Shown here piece after piece: positions 1 to 13,574 of a stretch of 64,000 bases of DNA; the stretch's first letter is position 1; every line of letters starts with the position of its first letter. The stretch covers positions 186,001 to 250,000 of the forward strand of contig NW_002060973.1 in assembly GCF_000150275.1 (NCBI RefSeq), written 5' to 3'. Below the pieces are notes generated by a model that was not told the origin of the DNA, did not search any database, and saw only the letters and a program-made list of their open reading frames with translations. The DNA comes from Trichoplax adhaerens. Its lineage: Eukaryota > Animalia > Placozoa. The position numbers were made by a program, and so were the translations under genes.

Positions 1-3000
1 TAACAGTGAAGAGTTTAAGAGACGTATATCTAATGGGATAATTAGTGTTTTGATATTATCGCTTAGTAGTGTTGATTAAAATTCAGTTACACTTCCTTTA
101 AGCTGACAGCCTCATATGGAAATAGAGAAAGTTATTCTTTTCGTCTATAGAATTACATCCTATCTTTGCACCATCCCTATCCTGAATTTCTTCTTTGCCG
201 CTGTGATAATATGAAGAAAAGTTTATTACATAATCATTTGTAGCACACTTTCCCCTAGTGCACAATTTGACGGATTCTTCAGCTTTTTGAAGTGGCTATG
301 GCCTTCAGAACATAAGGCGAATAGATGTTATACTTTATATAATAATAATTGTACTAGTATCACAAGCTAGCTAGAAAGAGATCTAAGACAGACGTAAAGT
401 ATTTGCCGAGTTAACTTTGTGCTTTTGCCTTATTCGATGCATAAGTATTAAGAAACTACGGTAGAAGCAAAGTAAGATTACTATCGGTTAATTGCATCAA
501 ATGCGGGTGGAAGAGAGTAGTACATTGGCATTTAATTATTGTATCTAGCTATTGATGAAGTATTTCTACTCAGTTTTGACGTATATACTACAATATTTCA
601 TACTCATGGAAGTATTTCTATTAAACTGCCTTACAGCAGTTTTGTTGTTTGATCTTACTGTAATAAAACTAATTAGCAGCTTTTCGGATATCTGTCGAAT
701 GATTACGACACATTATGTATCCAGTCAAATCTTGATCCCTTTCAATAGCGGCAAAAAAATAGCGCCTAAATACGCTTAAAAACATTTTTCACTTTTTTTA
801 CTATTTTCTCGTTATAACAGGTAAAATCACTCGGACTTTCGTACAGTACCGGTGGCCCATTCTTCTCTGCTGCCGTTGATGAAGGCGTTTCTGCTATATT
901 ACTATAATCTATTCGTCGAGTAACAAATGCCCGCTAAGCAATGACAGTTTATTAGCGGCAAGTTAATCAATAATAAATTAAAGGTTGATAGTAATTACTA
1001 TTTCGAACTCTGTCCTTCGCTGATCGTATGACTCATTTAGTATTATAAAGGAGATTGAAACACCCAAGCATAATGAAATAGCCAAGCTGTGAAGATATCC
1101 TTCCTTCTATCGTTGTCAATCGGCTGTAGTTTTGCATAGCGCCGCAGTCGATCAGCAAGAAACAAAGGCTAAATAGGAGGACAATTAATTCTGAGCTTCT
1201 CAGAAAATGAGACTCCTGCTGTCGACAAGACATTCATCATGAAAACATTCACTATGAATCGAATTATATTGAAATTCGCGCTTCCTAATTCTGAATTTGA
1301 CATAGTTGCAATGAGTCATAACTAGATAAAGAAACAAAATTAAGGCAAGCTAATGACGGCAACAAATTTCACCGATGTCAGAAATGGTGAAAATGACTCA
1401 ATTGCAATCCTGCTGCTCAATCTATAGCACAATCGTTGATATTCGAAAGAGGATAGCTCTGTAGAATTCTACCGCTAAAACCGATGATGAGTGATCAAGT
1501 TATATGGGCTATAACGAATTTAAATGTCTCTATAAAACAAGAGGATCATTAAAATTTTGCCATATTATTCATTTACTACAACTATTATTATTTTATTGTG
1601 TAGTAATTATACATAGAAAAAACGTTTATCAATCTGTCTACCTAAAACGTCTTCGGTGAATATAAGTTAGATTGGAAAAATTAAATTGGATCTCATCTAA
1701 TTGGGTTTTATTCCATTGGAAAGAGAAATGAAAAAGGTTCAAGTCAGTTCGATTGCATACGATTATACGAAAGATAAAGCAGTAGTATGGCTACAAATAA
1801 TTTACATGCGGAAGAAATCTACATTTAGAGGTTCGTCATCCACTTGATTGGCTTCCTGCTTGTGCTATAATCGTCAAATTTGAAAGCTGTCCGACATCAT
1901 TAATTACCTCAGTAGGTAGTATTTTCCTTTTGTTTAATTTCTGCTTAATGGAGAAACATGACGCCTGCATGTCTGCATGATGGAAACAAAGCCATTGAAT
2001 CCTTGGTGGATAAATCCATCCTACTTTTAATTTTTTTAATATGCCAGTAAGTGGTCACGGAGGTATTTTTAGTGTTATAGAATGTAGACTCTATTATGGT
2101 ACGAAATAGAATATTCATACTAAAATATGTAGTCACGGTTTAACTCTGTAGTCAAAATATTGATATGGTAGATTAAAGATTATTTTCCTCCGCTATAATT
2201 GATAATGAAAGCTATCTTAACCTATCACAGTATCAGTTATTGCTAGTTATCCGGTCTACCATTAAACCTTTAGCGCTTGTTTGATCATACTGGATTTGAA
2301 AGATTCTTGCTCAGATTCCAATAGAAATTCTAAATCGAAATTGATGTGGGAAAGAAATGTTAATCATATCGTTGATATTAAACGCAGGCACATTCTTTAT
2401 CGTTCTTTTCAACTATAAAGAAACGGTTTTCTTCATGAGTAGTAGCGGTCATGGTTTATTCGTGTTAGATAACAGATTGCACAAGTGTAATATATGCCAT
2501 ATGCACTCATAGTAATGAAAGTTTGCGTAACGTTACATTTGCTTTTGTTGATTGCATAGTAACTAGAGTTTATGCAGAATGAGTACCGCATAATATCGTA
2601 TGCCTAACTGTAATCTTAATACCGATGCAAATTAAGTTTAATTGCCTAGCTATACGTAGCTTGGCCTGGTCAATCTGTTGGAATATAATGGAATATAGGA
2701 AAAATGAAATTACTGAAGAATTTATTGTTGATAGAGTACACGATGGAAGGTTCGATGTGCCCCTCCAAGTTGAATGAGTTACTATATCAGAGAATTACAC
2801 AAATATCTTAGTAGAAATAAGATACTATAGTGTAGATTGCGGTAGTTGCTTTAGAACAGCGTATAAATTATCGTACAGTAACGTGCACAATACTAGCATT
2901 GTAACTAGGGCCAGTATCAGATTCTGAGGTAGAAACCGGTTATATTTATAGCTTGAAGCTAGAAGACAAGCAGAGGGTAAGATTCTAGAATTCAACGCAA

Positions 3001-6000
3001 CATATTATACTATCAAACTCTTCAAACTAGTGAGGACTGAAAGTGCTATAAATAGCGAATTATAACAAGCTTTGTTAATATCTTGCTCGGAAAACTATAA
3101 ATAGTAGCCAGAATTATGAATAACTTAAAAATGTTTCCATTTGAAAATATGCTAGAAATCACAATACTCTTTAATGTACCAGTACTAAGCTTTTTACAGG
3201 AGGTGATAGCTTAGCATAATCGTAGCCAAAGGCTTTGCATAAATGGTTAACAAAGCGGTGCTGATAAATTACTTTGATTTCGGTTAAAATAAAATGGGCG
3301 AAATTCTTGTATAACTGTTATAATTTTAAGTATTGTTTTATTCATACACATGCAACGATTATTAGTAAATTATAACATTAATAGTAGGAATATCAATAAT
3401 CCCCCTAGCATACAATCAAACTATAAAGCCAATGGTAGCAATAACGATCCCTAATTGGAATTAAAATGCAATAAATCTTCTACTATATTAGTTCTTTACC
3501 TAGATTGTAACATGTTGCTTGGCTAATCGAAGGATATCCGGCTGATGCAACCTTTGCACTTTATGTGTTTAAACGCTATAGTATGAAATTAATACTATGA
3601 TAAATTAAGCTATTAGTAATCAATTTACGGGCGTACTTCTTCAAGAAGCACAGTTTATAACAAAAAAGTGATTTTAGAAAGGCGTTGAAACGTTTTCTAT
3701 AAAGCAGCTCTTTGTGAGACTATTGGTAGTCCGATAGTGCTAGATACTCTCTGAACTATATCATGATTTAAAAATTATCAAGTGATAAGATATTTCCGTG
3801 TATTTGCATAGTTCTATTTCAAGGATGGAGCGTATAAAACTTTTCCTTATTTCATATTAAAACTAGCTACAAAACTTAACGTAGCCGAACTTTTTTGTAC
3901 AAAGCGTGTAATATATATTACTAATCGTAAATATAAAAAGATCTATAGTCTCCATTGAGCCGTGATAAGTATCAATAAAGATTTTGTTACTGTAAAACTT
4001 GATTACTACATTATCCGTTTAGATCTACATAAGATTTTTGGTACTTGGTCTTATGAAAGATAATACTTTAAAGAATTTTTTTATTATTGACTAATGCTAA
4101 TACAGAAAGATGAAAGCGTTAAAAATAAAATTTAGAGGTGTAAGATATCATTTCTAAAGCTCGGTAGCAGGCTCCAGCATTAAGCCGATGAGTTGATAGG
4201 AGATTAACAGATATATATATATCTTGTATAACCCGATAAAATTTTAGCCAATAGTCCAGATATCATTCGTTGTTGCCAATGTAGAAAATTATTTAAATCG
4301 AAATCGACAAGTGATCGGATGTTTTACAAAAAAGAAAGATCAACCAGTACGTGCGGTGAGTAGGAAATATATGCTATACATTAACTACGGTAGATGCGGC
4401 TAAAAAAGTGTAAATTCAAATTATGATCAGTTCCTATGAATTATTAAGTAAATAAAACACGTTATGCAGTGTTTCTAAAGGTTTGCTATTTATTAGATAT
4501 TATACAATTTCAACAAATATATGAATAGAGTCTACGTAATTGCAATCTATACGGCAGTTGCCTTAAAATTAAAAATATAGACACTTTCAGTAATAATAGC
4601 ACTGGTTGACAAGATGACCAGGTAGTCCATAATTATTACACAGATACTCGTACACCTGACATTATTCACTTTGGAAAACGTAAAGAATCGATTCAATCAA
4701 AATCAGTACGTGATTGCTTTTCTTCTAAAAAGAAAAGTAAAGTAAACTCATCTGGTGAGTAGAAAATCTGAAATATAAAGTATTATTGTTATATCTTCAC
4801 TTTTTTGTTAACTACATACTAGAACCGATCATATAATATTTACAGTAGATGCAGCTGAATTGCGTACAAAAATATAGATATTATAGTTATATAAGTGTCT
4901 TACCATAATTAAAAAATAGTTATACTATATTAACCCAGTATAATAACCATTGGATTTGTATTATTTCAGCAAGGGTATTCGAATGAATAAGTACAGCTCT
5001 CAATTCTGTGCTATATATTCACCATCTTTAGAGAAAGGATATGATCATTACAAATATCATTAGAAAGTACCAGCAGTTTAATGCTTCTATGGCTTACAAA
5101 ATTAATTCTAAGACTAGCCACCAACTTGCTCTTGCTTGATTTGAGTAGATAACATTAATAATAATTTTCTTTAGAACTTGACACGTGAATTTAACGTACA
5201 GTTATCCTGAAATATGATCGTAGAAAATATTATTCAATTATCGGTGGTGATTCACCTTGGATAAAATTAAACCTTGAAGAGTAAGATAACGAATTGTTTC
5301 CAATGCAATTAATTTTATTTTAATGTAGGATTATTTGCAACATGCTTCAATATATATCTCTAGCAAACTCCTCATGTGCAAATAACTACATTTTGGGAAT
5401 CTTATTAAGTTTATCATACGAGCAGGTTGATGAAATTAAATTAAGCAGTAAATTTCATAGTTCTTACGATAAAATATATCGACTGCTAACACTGTAGAAC
5501 GATAACGCCGGTGAAAGTGCTGATACTTTTGAAGTTGTTTCAGATTTATTTGAGATTAGTATCAACACTATCGCTGAACAAATCTAAGGAAGAATATAAG
5601 AAGATGAAAGAGCTGAATGAGAGATACTAGTAATCAGTCAAAGATAGTTTCAGGTCTCACTTGGTTTGTGTATATTCAAGATATGAAATATTACTTGAAA
5701 AATAACTTGCAGATTGAGATTAATATATCAAGTCTTTGATTTTTGATTAATTCGTTTCTGATTTATTTTCTATCGCATAAAATTTATATTTTTAGTTATT
5801 TATAAATCTTTCTTGTTGATATATAATATAAATATTAGCCTTAATTGAAGCACTCCGGTTGTAAATTACTTACAAAAAATGTCCAACAAATATCAAAGAT
5901 GCAATAATTAAAGTCAGAATATAATAATTTGGCGCAATGAAATCTTAAAATATAAATAGAATTCCCCACTTATAGACGTTGAATACTTAAGGTAATATGA

Positions 6001-7370
6001 TCGAATTATTATAAATCTGACCCCCATAATAATATTTTACGAAAATTTATTAATTTTGATTAGATATAAGTGTTCTCATATAGCTGAATGTATAGAGAAT
6101 ATATGCTACCTGTGCGCTACTACCAAGGATCATAGCTGAAAATATTGTATTTATATACTGTATTATTGTGCAAATGTGAGGCAATCAAGTAGGTGTAGCC
6201 ATACCAAATCAGAGTAATGTCAGTTATTGAGCTCTTTAACCTATAGCTGCTTTCGATGTGTACATATTACCTGAAGTAATCAACTCATGAAATGTTACGT
6301 ATAAATTTTTACTTAATTAAGGTTTTACCTAAAGCATAATTGGTATGCAAGTTATGCATATTATAACGTGCAAATCCAAACCCGCTCAAGCTTAGCTGAA
6401 TACCGATGAAAGATCAAAGCACTAACAAATGCCGCTATCTTAATCATCAATGACTAAAGTAACTGCGATATCGCTTTGATCGGAATACTGACAGTAGTAG
6501 ACATTAGATGCTAAGTAAAACTTTTAATATCATACTGCCATGATGTACGAGTATACGGTAGTATTAGTTGTCTTTGTTAATAATGGTGATTGCAAGCTTG
6601 CTATTATTAGCAGTTATAGCTCGAAAATAAAGATCACGCTCTTTACAGATAGAATAGCTATACTTATTCTTGATAACTACAATATACTATTTATAATGTT
6701 CAGTCTGGAGAAGCGTAGTAACATTATATTTTTCGAACGTTTGCTACGCCTCGATTTCACTTTTTTCAGAATCTCAGGGCTGATGAACTTTAAAGTGAAT
6801 GTTAGACCACGATTAAAAGACAAGGTAAACTTGTTCAGTTTTGGATGATAGTATAAATGTTAACATGGGTGAGGTTATTCCGAAAATTTTATTTAATTAC
6901 GGAACAGGAGACGCAATCATTTAGTGATCGTAACTTCCTGTTAATAATAATTTAAAACAATCGACATTAACTATTATCACATTTTCATTCCATAAGCCAT
7001 TGGAGTGGCTTAGAAATTTTAAGTTATTCATTTGACGTGTTGAGCTAATTTGGAATGCTACAATTGTAACTGAACCCTTGGTTGCTCTTTTCTATCTTAC
7101 TAGAGCAGCATTATCACTGCCTTGGCAAATCATAGTCGATCAAATTGCAAATTTCAGATCTTCATACAAGAAATATCGCTCTTGTCATTATTAAGCTAGT
7201 ACTATTTATAATATCAATCTAATGGAGTCATCTTCTTTGCTAGCGAGTTGTAGTTTATATCTGAAACAATTCTGTACTATTCTTATTGAAATTAAAATGA
7301 ATAGACGTCCTAGTGGCATTTCGATTTCGCAATTTCAATCTTAGCTTCTTTCTGTATCCAATTTTAAAAT

Positions 7371-7700
7371 GACTAACAATTAAAATACAGGTAATGACAA
7401 AGTACCATCTTCGGTAAAGTTATCTAAACCTTCTGTTACTATTTTAGGTTAATAGCAAAGTAATTAACGGTTTGCACGTAAAACTAACAATCTAATTACA
7501 GATAATGACTAAGTACCGCATTAAGAGTTATCTAAACTTTCTACGTATTATTACAAGTTAACAGCAAAGTAATGAAAGGTTTCCATGTAAAGACTAACAA
7601 TCTAAACACTGGTAATGATTAACTACCGTCTCTGATAATATTATCTTAACTTTCTATTTACAATTACGGGTTCAAAGCTAATTAATGAAGAATTTCCATG
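7371..7700. repeat. Degenerate tandem repeat, ~110 bp x3, about 300 bp upstream of the catalase ATG
   Basis: Unit 'taatgac.aagtacc...gttatctaaac.ttct...gttaa.agcaaagtaat...ggttt.ca.gtaaa.actaacaatctaa' recurs at ~7392, ~7503 and ~7613. Confidence 0.8.
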
Positions 7701-8000
7701 AACTGATCTAGTAGCGACCAATCTATAGAATAGAAGGTGGTATATACTTCCTATTGACAAAGTTCGCATCCAATAATTTTCAATTCATTACCATAAGAAT
7801 GTGAACATTTGATTACAAATTGTTTACTGATTTAATTTGGTAGTCGCTGATTGGATTAAGGCAAGAATAAACTATGTAGGTTATAGCATCTTTGGTGACT
7901 ATTTTTGAACAGTTATTTCCGATCGTGGAAAGCGTCACAATCATTCTTACTTCCTAAAGGATTGCAGGGTAGAACCTTCATCCTTAGCTAACTGATCAAC

Positions 8001-11000
8001 ATGTCTAATTCTGATAAAGCATCACAGCAATTGCAAGATCACGCCGCATCGCAGGTACCTTTTTCTCTTTTATTGTTTGCCTAGTCTAGTGCATTTAAAA
8101 CTTTCGGTTAGGACCGTTTCTCCACTTTTTAAAAAGATCCTTCAAGGTTTTGCAATAATTCATTTACATCTCAATAAGAGATTCACCATGGATCCGTTAC
8201 AATATTGATAGGATAAATGATCGTGTAAATTGATCCGTATAATGATGGAAGAATTTTATTCTCCGATAAAGGATATCCTTTTTATCTTTAATTCGATATC
8301 CTAGTATGGCTTGCATAGCATATCATTCTAGAAGAATCTGCTGAGAATTTAGTTCTAAAACGAGAGAAGCGAATTGTTCTCCGATAGAGAATCATATTTT
8401 TATAGCGTATATTCGAAACCAAATGTTATGTTTTGCAATCGTTGTATCCTCGTTCTCTACTATTTTTCACTCAGTACGGTAGTAAATCCATAGACTACAG
8501 ATTAACAAGCTAAGGAGGTAAGTGTCGTTCTCAAAAAATGAGGTTATTTCTCGTAGAATAATATTTTCATCTAGACTCAGGATTGAAATAGATCAACTTC
8601 TTCATTTCTCAAGATCTTTACTAATAAGGAAATAATGGGGTTGAATTTAATTCCATCACTAAATGGGTTCCTTCTCAGGGAAAAAATGACGCTATTTTAT
8701 ATTTGGAGTGATTGCTAATATACTTTTAGTATCAGCAGATTTCAATTTTAGTCTCTTCATTATAACGTAATTATAGTTCTTAATGAAGCTGTACCATGAA
8801 GAGAGCGAGTTTTTCTAATCAATGATGTCATTTCTTTACTTAGAGCGCTATCCTACTATAGGCTTGTCCGTTGCCTTTTCGGTAGTCAACTCGTCATTAA
8901 TTAGTCGTCATTAATCGGTAGTCAACTCGTCATTAATTGTATCTTTGCGCACGAATAGGGATATGGACTATTAGTTATCCCCTCTATACCAAATACAGTA
9001 TGAAAAATGAAAACATTTTCTCTCAGCATGATTACCTTACTATGCTATATCATTCTGTCACAGATGTCAATATTAAATAATTCCATTGGCCTTTTTTTGG
9101 TATAGTTTTTTAAGGATCGCCTGAGTTTTATGACATGCATATTCATGTTTATTTACTTTAGATGTTTTATGACTGCGCTTGCTGTCACAATGGAGTTGAT
9201 CGCATTGATATTTTTTTACCCAATTTCATTATGAAACCTATCCAATTATTTTACAGATTGCTGTTGCGATCCTAACCGATTGATCTTTATTTACGCGTTG
9301 ATCATCTTCTGCGGAGTTTTTAATTACCTTTTTGACTTTGGGCTTGATTCCTAATCGATGCTAATCACCTGCTGCATATTTACCCATTCAGTAAGAAATG
9401 ATACTGATGGACACTTGTATTGAGATCATCTTTGACCTATTGATAATTTAGTGACATCATTACAGCTTATTTAGCACGGAACAATAAGCTTGTACTTCAA
9501 ATATGCATAAAATTGACAACTTAATTCAAGATTTCTAAAGCAGACAGGCAGCAGCGAGTACCATTATTTCCTCCATTTTATCCTTTTTAAAATAACAACA
9601 TCGTTAAGCATGCGCATGGTGGATGCCATCCACGGTAATAGCATTACATCATAGGTCTCTTCGATTTTCAAATGTTGAGCTATTTTTATGCTGATAGCTA
9701 AGAAAAGTTCTACTATTGTATTCCGCTTAATCAAAGTAATGGACAAACTTGTACTATAATTTAATCCATTGCATTATGGATTGCATTTTGGATTGCCTTT
9801 TGGAATAGATTAATCATTCCTTCTATTCTAGCATGCCAAAAAGTATTCTCAAATTAAACTAAAGTAAATTGTAATATATCATATCTCTTTGATTTTACAT
9901 ATTGAGCTATTCTTATGCTGCTAGCTAAGGAAAGTTTTTTACGTATTCTATTTAAACGACATAATTGATAAACTTATACTATACTTTACTCTATTGCATT
10001 TTGGAATAGGTGAATCATTCCTTACATTCTATTACGCTAAATAGTATTCTCAAATTGAACTATAATAAATTGTAATATATCGTATGTTTTCCCTTTTAAT
10101 ACTGAGGAATTTACAGCAGAAGATAGTTGGGTAAAGTCTTTCTATTATGTTTAAAAGATGCTATGGCTTAACTTGTACTATAATTTACTTCATTACATCT
10201 TGGAATAGGCGAATCATTCCTTATTTCATCATGTTAAATAGTATTTTTAATTTGAAATACACTAAATACTGCGTCATTAATATATCAATATAAATGATCA
10301 AAGAACGCTACATATATGGTTAAAATTGCTATTTATTAAAAATTAATTTATAATTAACTTCGCATCGGATAATTGTAAACAAGATTTTGTATTTTAAATT
10401 TGACCATCAAAGATTAGTAAATCTAGAAAATCTAAAACTAGATTAGTTTAGTAGGACTGTTCCAATACTTATTACAATCTTATGACAATTAAAATAAAAA
10501 AAATAAATTTCATATCGATAGTATAGTTATCTTACACGATTAAAGTCGTCTATATGCTGGCTATGAATCTTATCCTAATTATATAAGTAAGTTTAAGCTG
10601 GTAAAAAGGCATAGGACAGTCCTGTAAATTGAAATTAAAATTTTTACTGGCAATAACCTTACTGTAAATTGGTATCCTTACGCGTAAACACCAAGCCTTA
10701 CTATCGATAACCTCTATAAAAATACCAAACATTCCATCGTTGAGAAATCGTTTTAAGCTGTGAGAATCTATACAAAAAAGATGATTTGCTATAGTAATGT
10801 ATAATTTAATAACTATAAGTAATGGTGTCGATTCTGAATAACGGATAAAGATTGTTGAACACACTACTCTGTCAAGAGTAGAATATCCATCAAGATTGAA
10901 TGTAAATTAACAAAATGGAATTATAGGGAAATGCGCAAACAAATAATCTCTGCAAAGCAATTTCCTGGCTTGGGCATCCTTGCTACCTAAATGATCACGT

Positions 11001-12867
11001 AAACAATTTTAGTTATATTATATTATTACAGATATTAAATTGCCAATGATGGCCAATAGCAGATTTTAGTGATTCAATTTAAATATTGAAATTATTACTG
11101 AACGAGTACTTTTTATTTTATTTGCTTTATCAGAACTCTGATATTTTAACAAATAGCGGAGGTGATCCTGTTGAAAGCCTTACAAATCTGCAAACAGTTG
11201 GCCCACGAGGACCAGCGCTGTTCCAAAATATCACCTACCTAGATAATCAAGCACATTTTAATCGAGAACGTATTCCAGAACGAGTTGCTCATGCTAAAGG
11301 AGCAGGTTACTATTTCATCTAACATTTGCAATATTTAAAATAAGGACTATGCACTGTGTATACCTGCTAAAGCGTATCCAAAAGCTTGCATTAGGATCTC
11401 GAGTTTGTACGCTAAGCGTTTAAGTTTGCCTCGTTAGTAATAAAGTCATATTATACAGTATCAGCTTAGCACGCAATTTTCATTTGCTTTTATAGGTGCA
11501 TTTGGCTACTTTGAGGTAACCAATGATATCACCAAATACTGTAAAGCAAAAGTATTTGCAAAGCTTGGAGACCGTACACCAGTTGCTGTGCGCTTTTCTA
11601 CCGTGGGCAAGTCAACAGAATTTCAAAACTCTTGCTTGACATAATATTATTAATTTAGACGTTTACAACAAAAATAAGCTACTCTCCTATCGACCTAAAA
11701 CTTAATTTCTGTTTCGCAGCTGGTGAAAAGGGCAGTGCAGACACGGTACGAGATGCTCATGGATTTGCAGTCAGATTCTATACTGTCGAAGGAAATTGGG
11801 ATTTGGTCGGAATCAACTCACCAGTCTTTCTTGTTCGAGATGCAATCTTGGTAAGAGCGTTCATACTAATTTAAATTCAGTAATTTCTGTAATACCTTGT
11901 TGACTGTTGCCTTAATTTTAATGTAAATATATAATTATCGTACTGGATCATTTTCAAGTCTTATCGATGCAGAAATAGATAGTTATTTCGGCTTGTACTT
12001 TACCTACTCTTTAATTTAACGTTTTAGTCCTTCATTGACAATATTCTATTATTACTGTGCTTATCCAATTTTGTTGTAGACCAATCAAGGTGTCAAGAAT
12101 CTATCAGCACAACAAGCCGCAGCATTAACGGGAACTGATCCAGATTATGCCATAAGAGACTTATATAACGCTATAGCCGCAGGCAATTTCGTAAGTTGCC
12201 GCAAAAGCTGAGATATCAATTTCTTCCTCACGGCCAACGATTACTAATTTTAGATCGTACAACCTTACAGCCAAGTTGGAATATGTTTATCCAAGTCATG
12301 ACTTTCGAGCAAGCCGAAGCTTTCCAGTTCAATCCCTTCGATGTGACAAAGGTATTTCCCTTTAGTACCGTACCATCTAGCATATCTCTAAATAATCAGG
12401 AAAATTGCAATAAGCCTCCGTTTCCATGATTTAGATATGGCCCCATGCAGAATATCCTTTGATTCCTGTTGGCAAACTGGTACTAAATCGTAACCCTACC
12501 AATTATTTCGCAGAGGTTGAACAACTTGGTTTTTCACCAGCTAATTTAGTACCTGGTATATTGCCATCGCCGGATAAAGTTCTGCAAGTAAGCGTAATCT
12601 AGAGATACTTTGGAATAATTCATTTAGTCTCCTCAAAATGATACCAATTCTAGCGACGAACTCTGCTGTTACTCTTACATAATTAAATAAAAGCAATAAT
12701 CTTGTTAATTACTGCACGTTCTCTAGGGTCGCTTATTTGCCTATAGCGATACACAACGACATCGTTTGGGAGCTAACGCTACCCAAATACCTGTAAATTG
12801 TCCCTACAACACAACTGTTAGTAATTATCAACGCGATGGCCCCATGACTGTGATTAATCAGGGTTAG
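8001..12867 (+). pseudogene. CAT: Heme catalase (small-subunit monofunctional type), internally deleted and 3'-truncated; probable pseudogene or misassembly
   Basis: Exons read by eye: 8001-8054 (MSNSDKASQQLQDHAASQ), 11134-11305 (..VGPRGP..HFNRERIPERVAHAKGA), 11496-11606 ([27 protein letters not shown]), 11720-11850 ([43 protein letters not shown]), 12080-12190 ([26 protein letters not shown]), 12271-12351 ([19 protein letters not shown]), 12435-12587 ([29 protein letters not shown]), 12727-12862 ([23 protein letters not shown]). Distal His and proximal Tyr motifs are present and splice phases are consistent. No FPSFIH/GYGSHTF segment or C-terminal exons were found; read-through stop TAG at 12865-12867. 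Confidence 0.85.
9661..10265. repeat. Degenerate tandem repeat, ~200 bp x3, in catalase intron 1
   Basis: Recurring blocks 'ttgagctatt.ttatgctg.tagctaag.aaagtt', 'aactt.tactata.ttta', 'ttggaatag...aatcattcctt' and 'agtattctcaaatt.aacta' at ~9675, ~9900 and ~10100-10250. Confidence 0.8.
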
Positions 12868-13220
12868 ATAGGATTTTTAAATGCGATCAAACTGATTTAT
12901 GCAGAATTGCTCAAATTAAAAATGCACTTCAATGAATAAACCCCCAAAATTACGCTAAGGCCAATCAAATATTTTAAATAGAGAGAACAATAAAATATGT
13001 CTAGGTTATAATTATCTCTATGCTACACTAGTGATAGAATGTAAAGCTACTTGCAGTAATTCTATTTCAACTTATGCTGTATCGCTCATATTAATAAAAA
13101 TAAACAAAGATTTAATTTAAATATATTCATTTAAAAATAATATCCAAAAAACTTTAAAACAGGCTAAAGATGATTCATATTAACGAATAGTAACTCAGCA
13201 CTTAATTTTATTACGTAAGA

Positions 13221-13574
13221 TTAGCATTCGATTTTCTTAAACTGTAAGTGTAATATCTTAGCGACCTAAGAATGATGCAGCTATGAGAATATAGATAAAT
13301 TGTGTTAGCATTTATCAATCTTAGACTGTAAGTGTACTGACTTAGCTATCAAGTAATGATGCAGCTATTAGAGTATCAACTAAATTGGACTAGCATTTGT
13401 CAGTCTTAGACTATCAGTGTAATGTCTTAGCTACCGAATAATATGTCAGCTATGAAAATAGAGGCTAAATTAGAAAAGCATTTGTTGACCTTAGCCTATA
13501 AGTGGAAAGCTTTGACTCCCTAATTATGACACAGGCAAACGCAGCTATGAGAATATAGACTGAATTGTGTTAGT
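13221..13574. repeat. Tandem repeat, ~85 bp x4, just downstream of the truncated catalase
   Basis: Unit 'tagcatt....tcttagactgtaagtgta...cttagc.a...a.taatgatgcagctatgagaatata...taaattg' starts at ~13221, 13305, 13390 and 13475. Confidence 0.85.

Noticed and set aside
140-2140. Possible decayed coding fragments (e.g. VKSLGLSYSTGGPFFSAAV at ~821-905)
   Set aside because: They are short, interrupted by stops and match no family I can recognise, so I cannot support a call.
8880-8938. Short direct repeat cggtagtcaactcgtcattaatt x2
   Set aside because: A local slippage duplication in an intron with no further structure.
11134-12862. Secreted catalase suggested by N-glycosylation sequons (NIT, NAT, NTT)
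   Set aside because: The identified first exon (MSNSDKASQQL..) is a normal cytosolic-type catalase start with no signal peptide, and no alternative signal exon was found.
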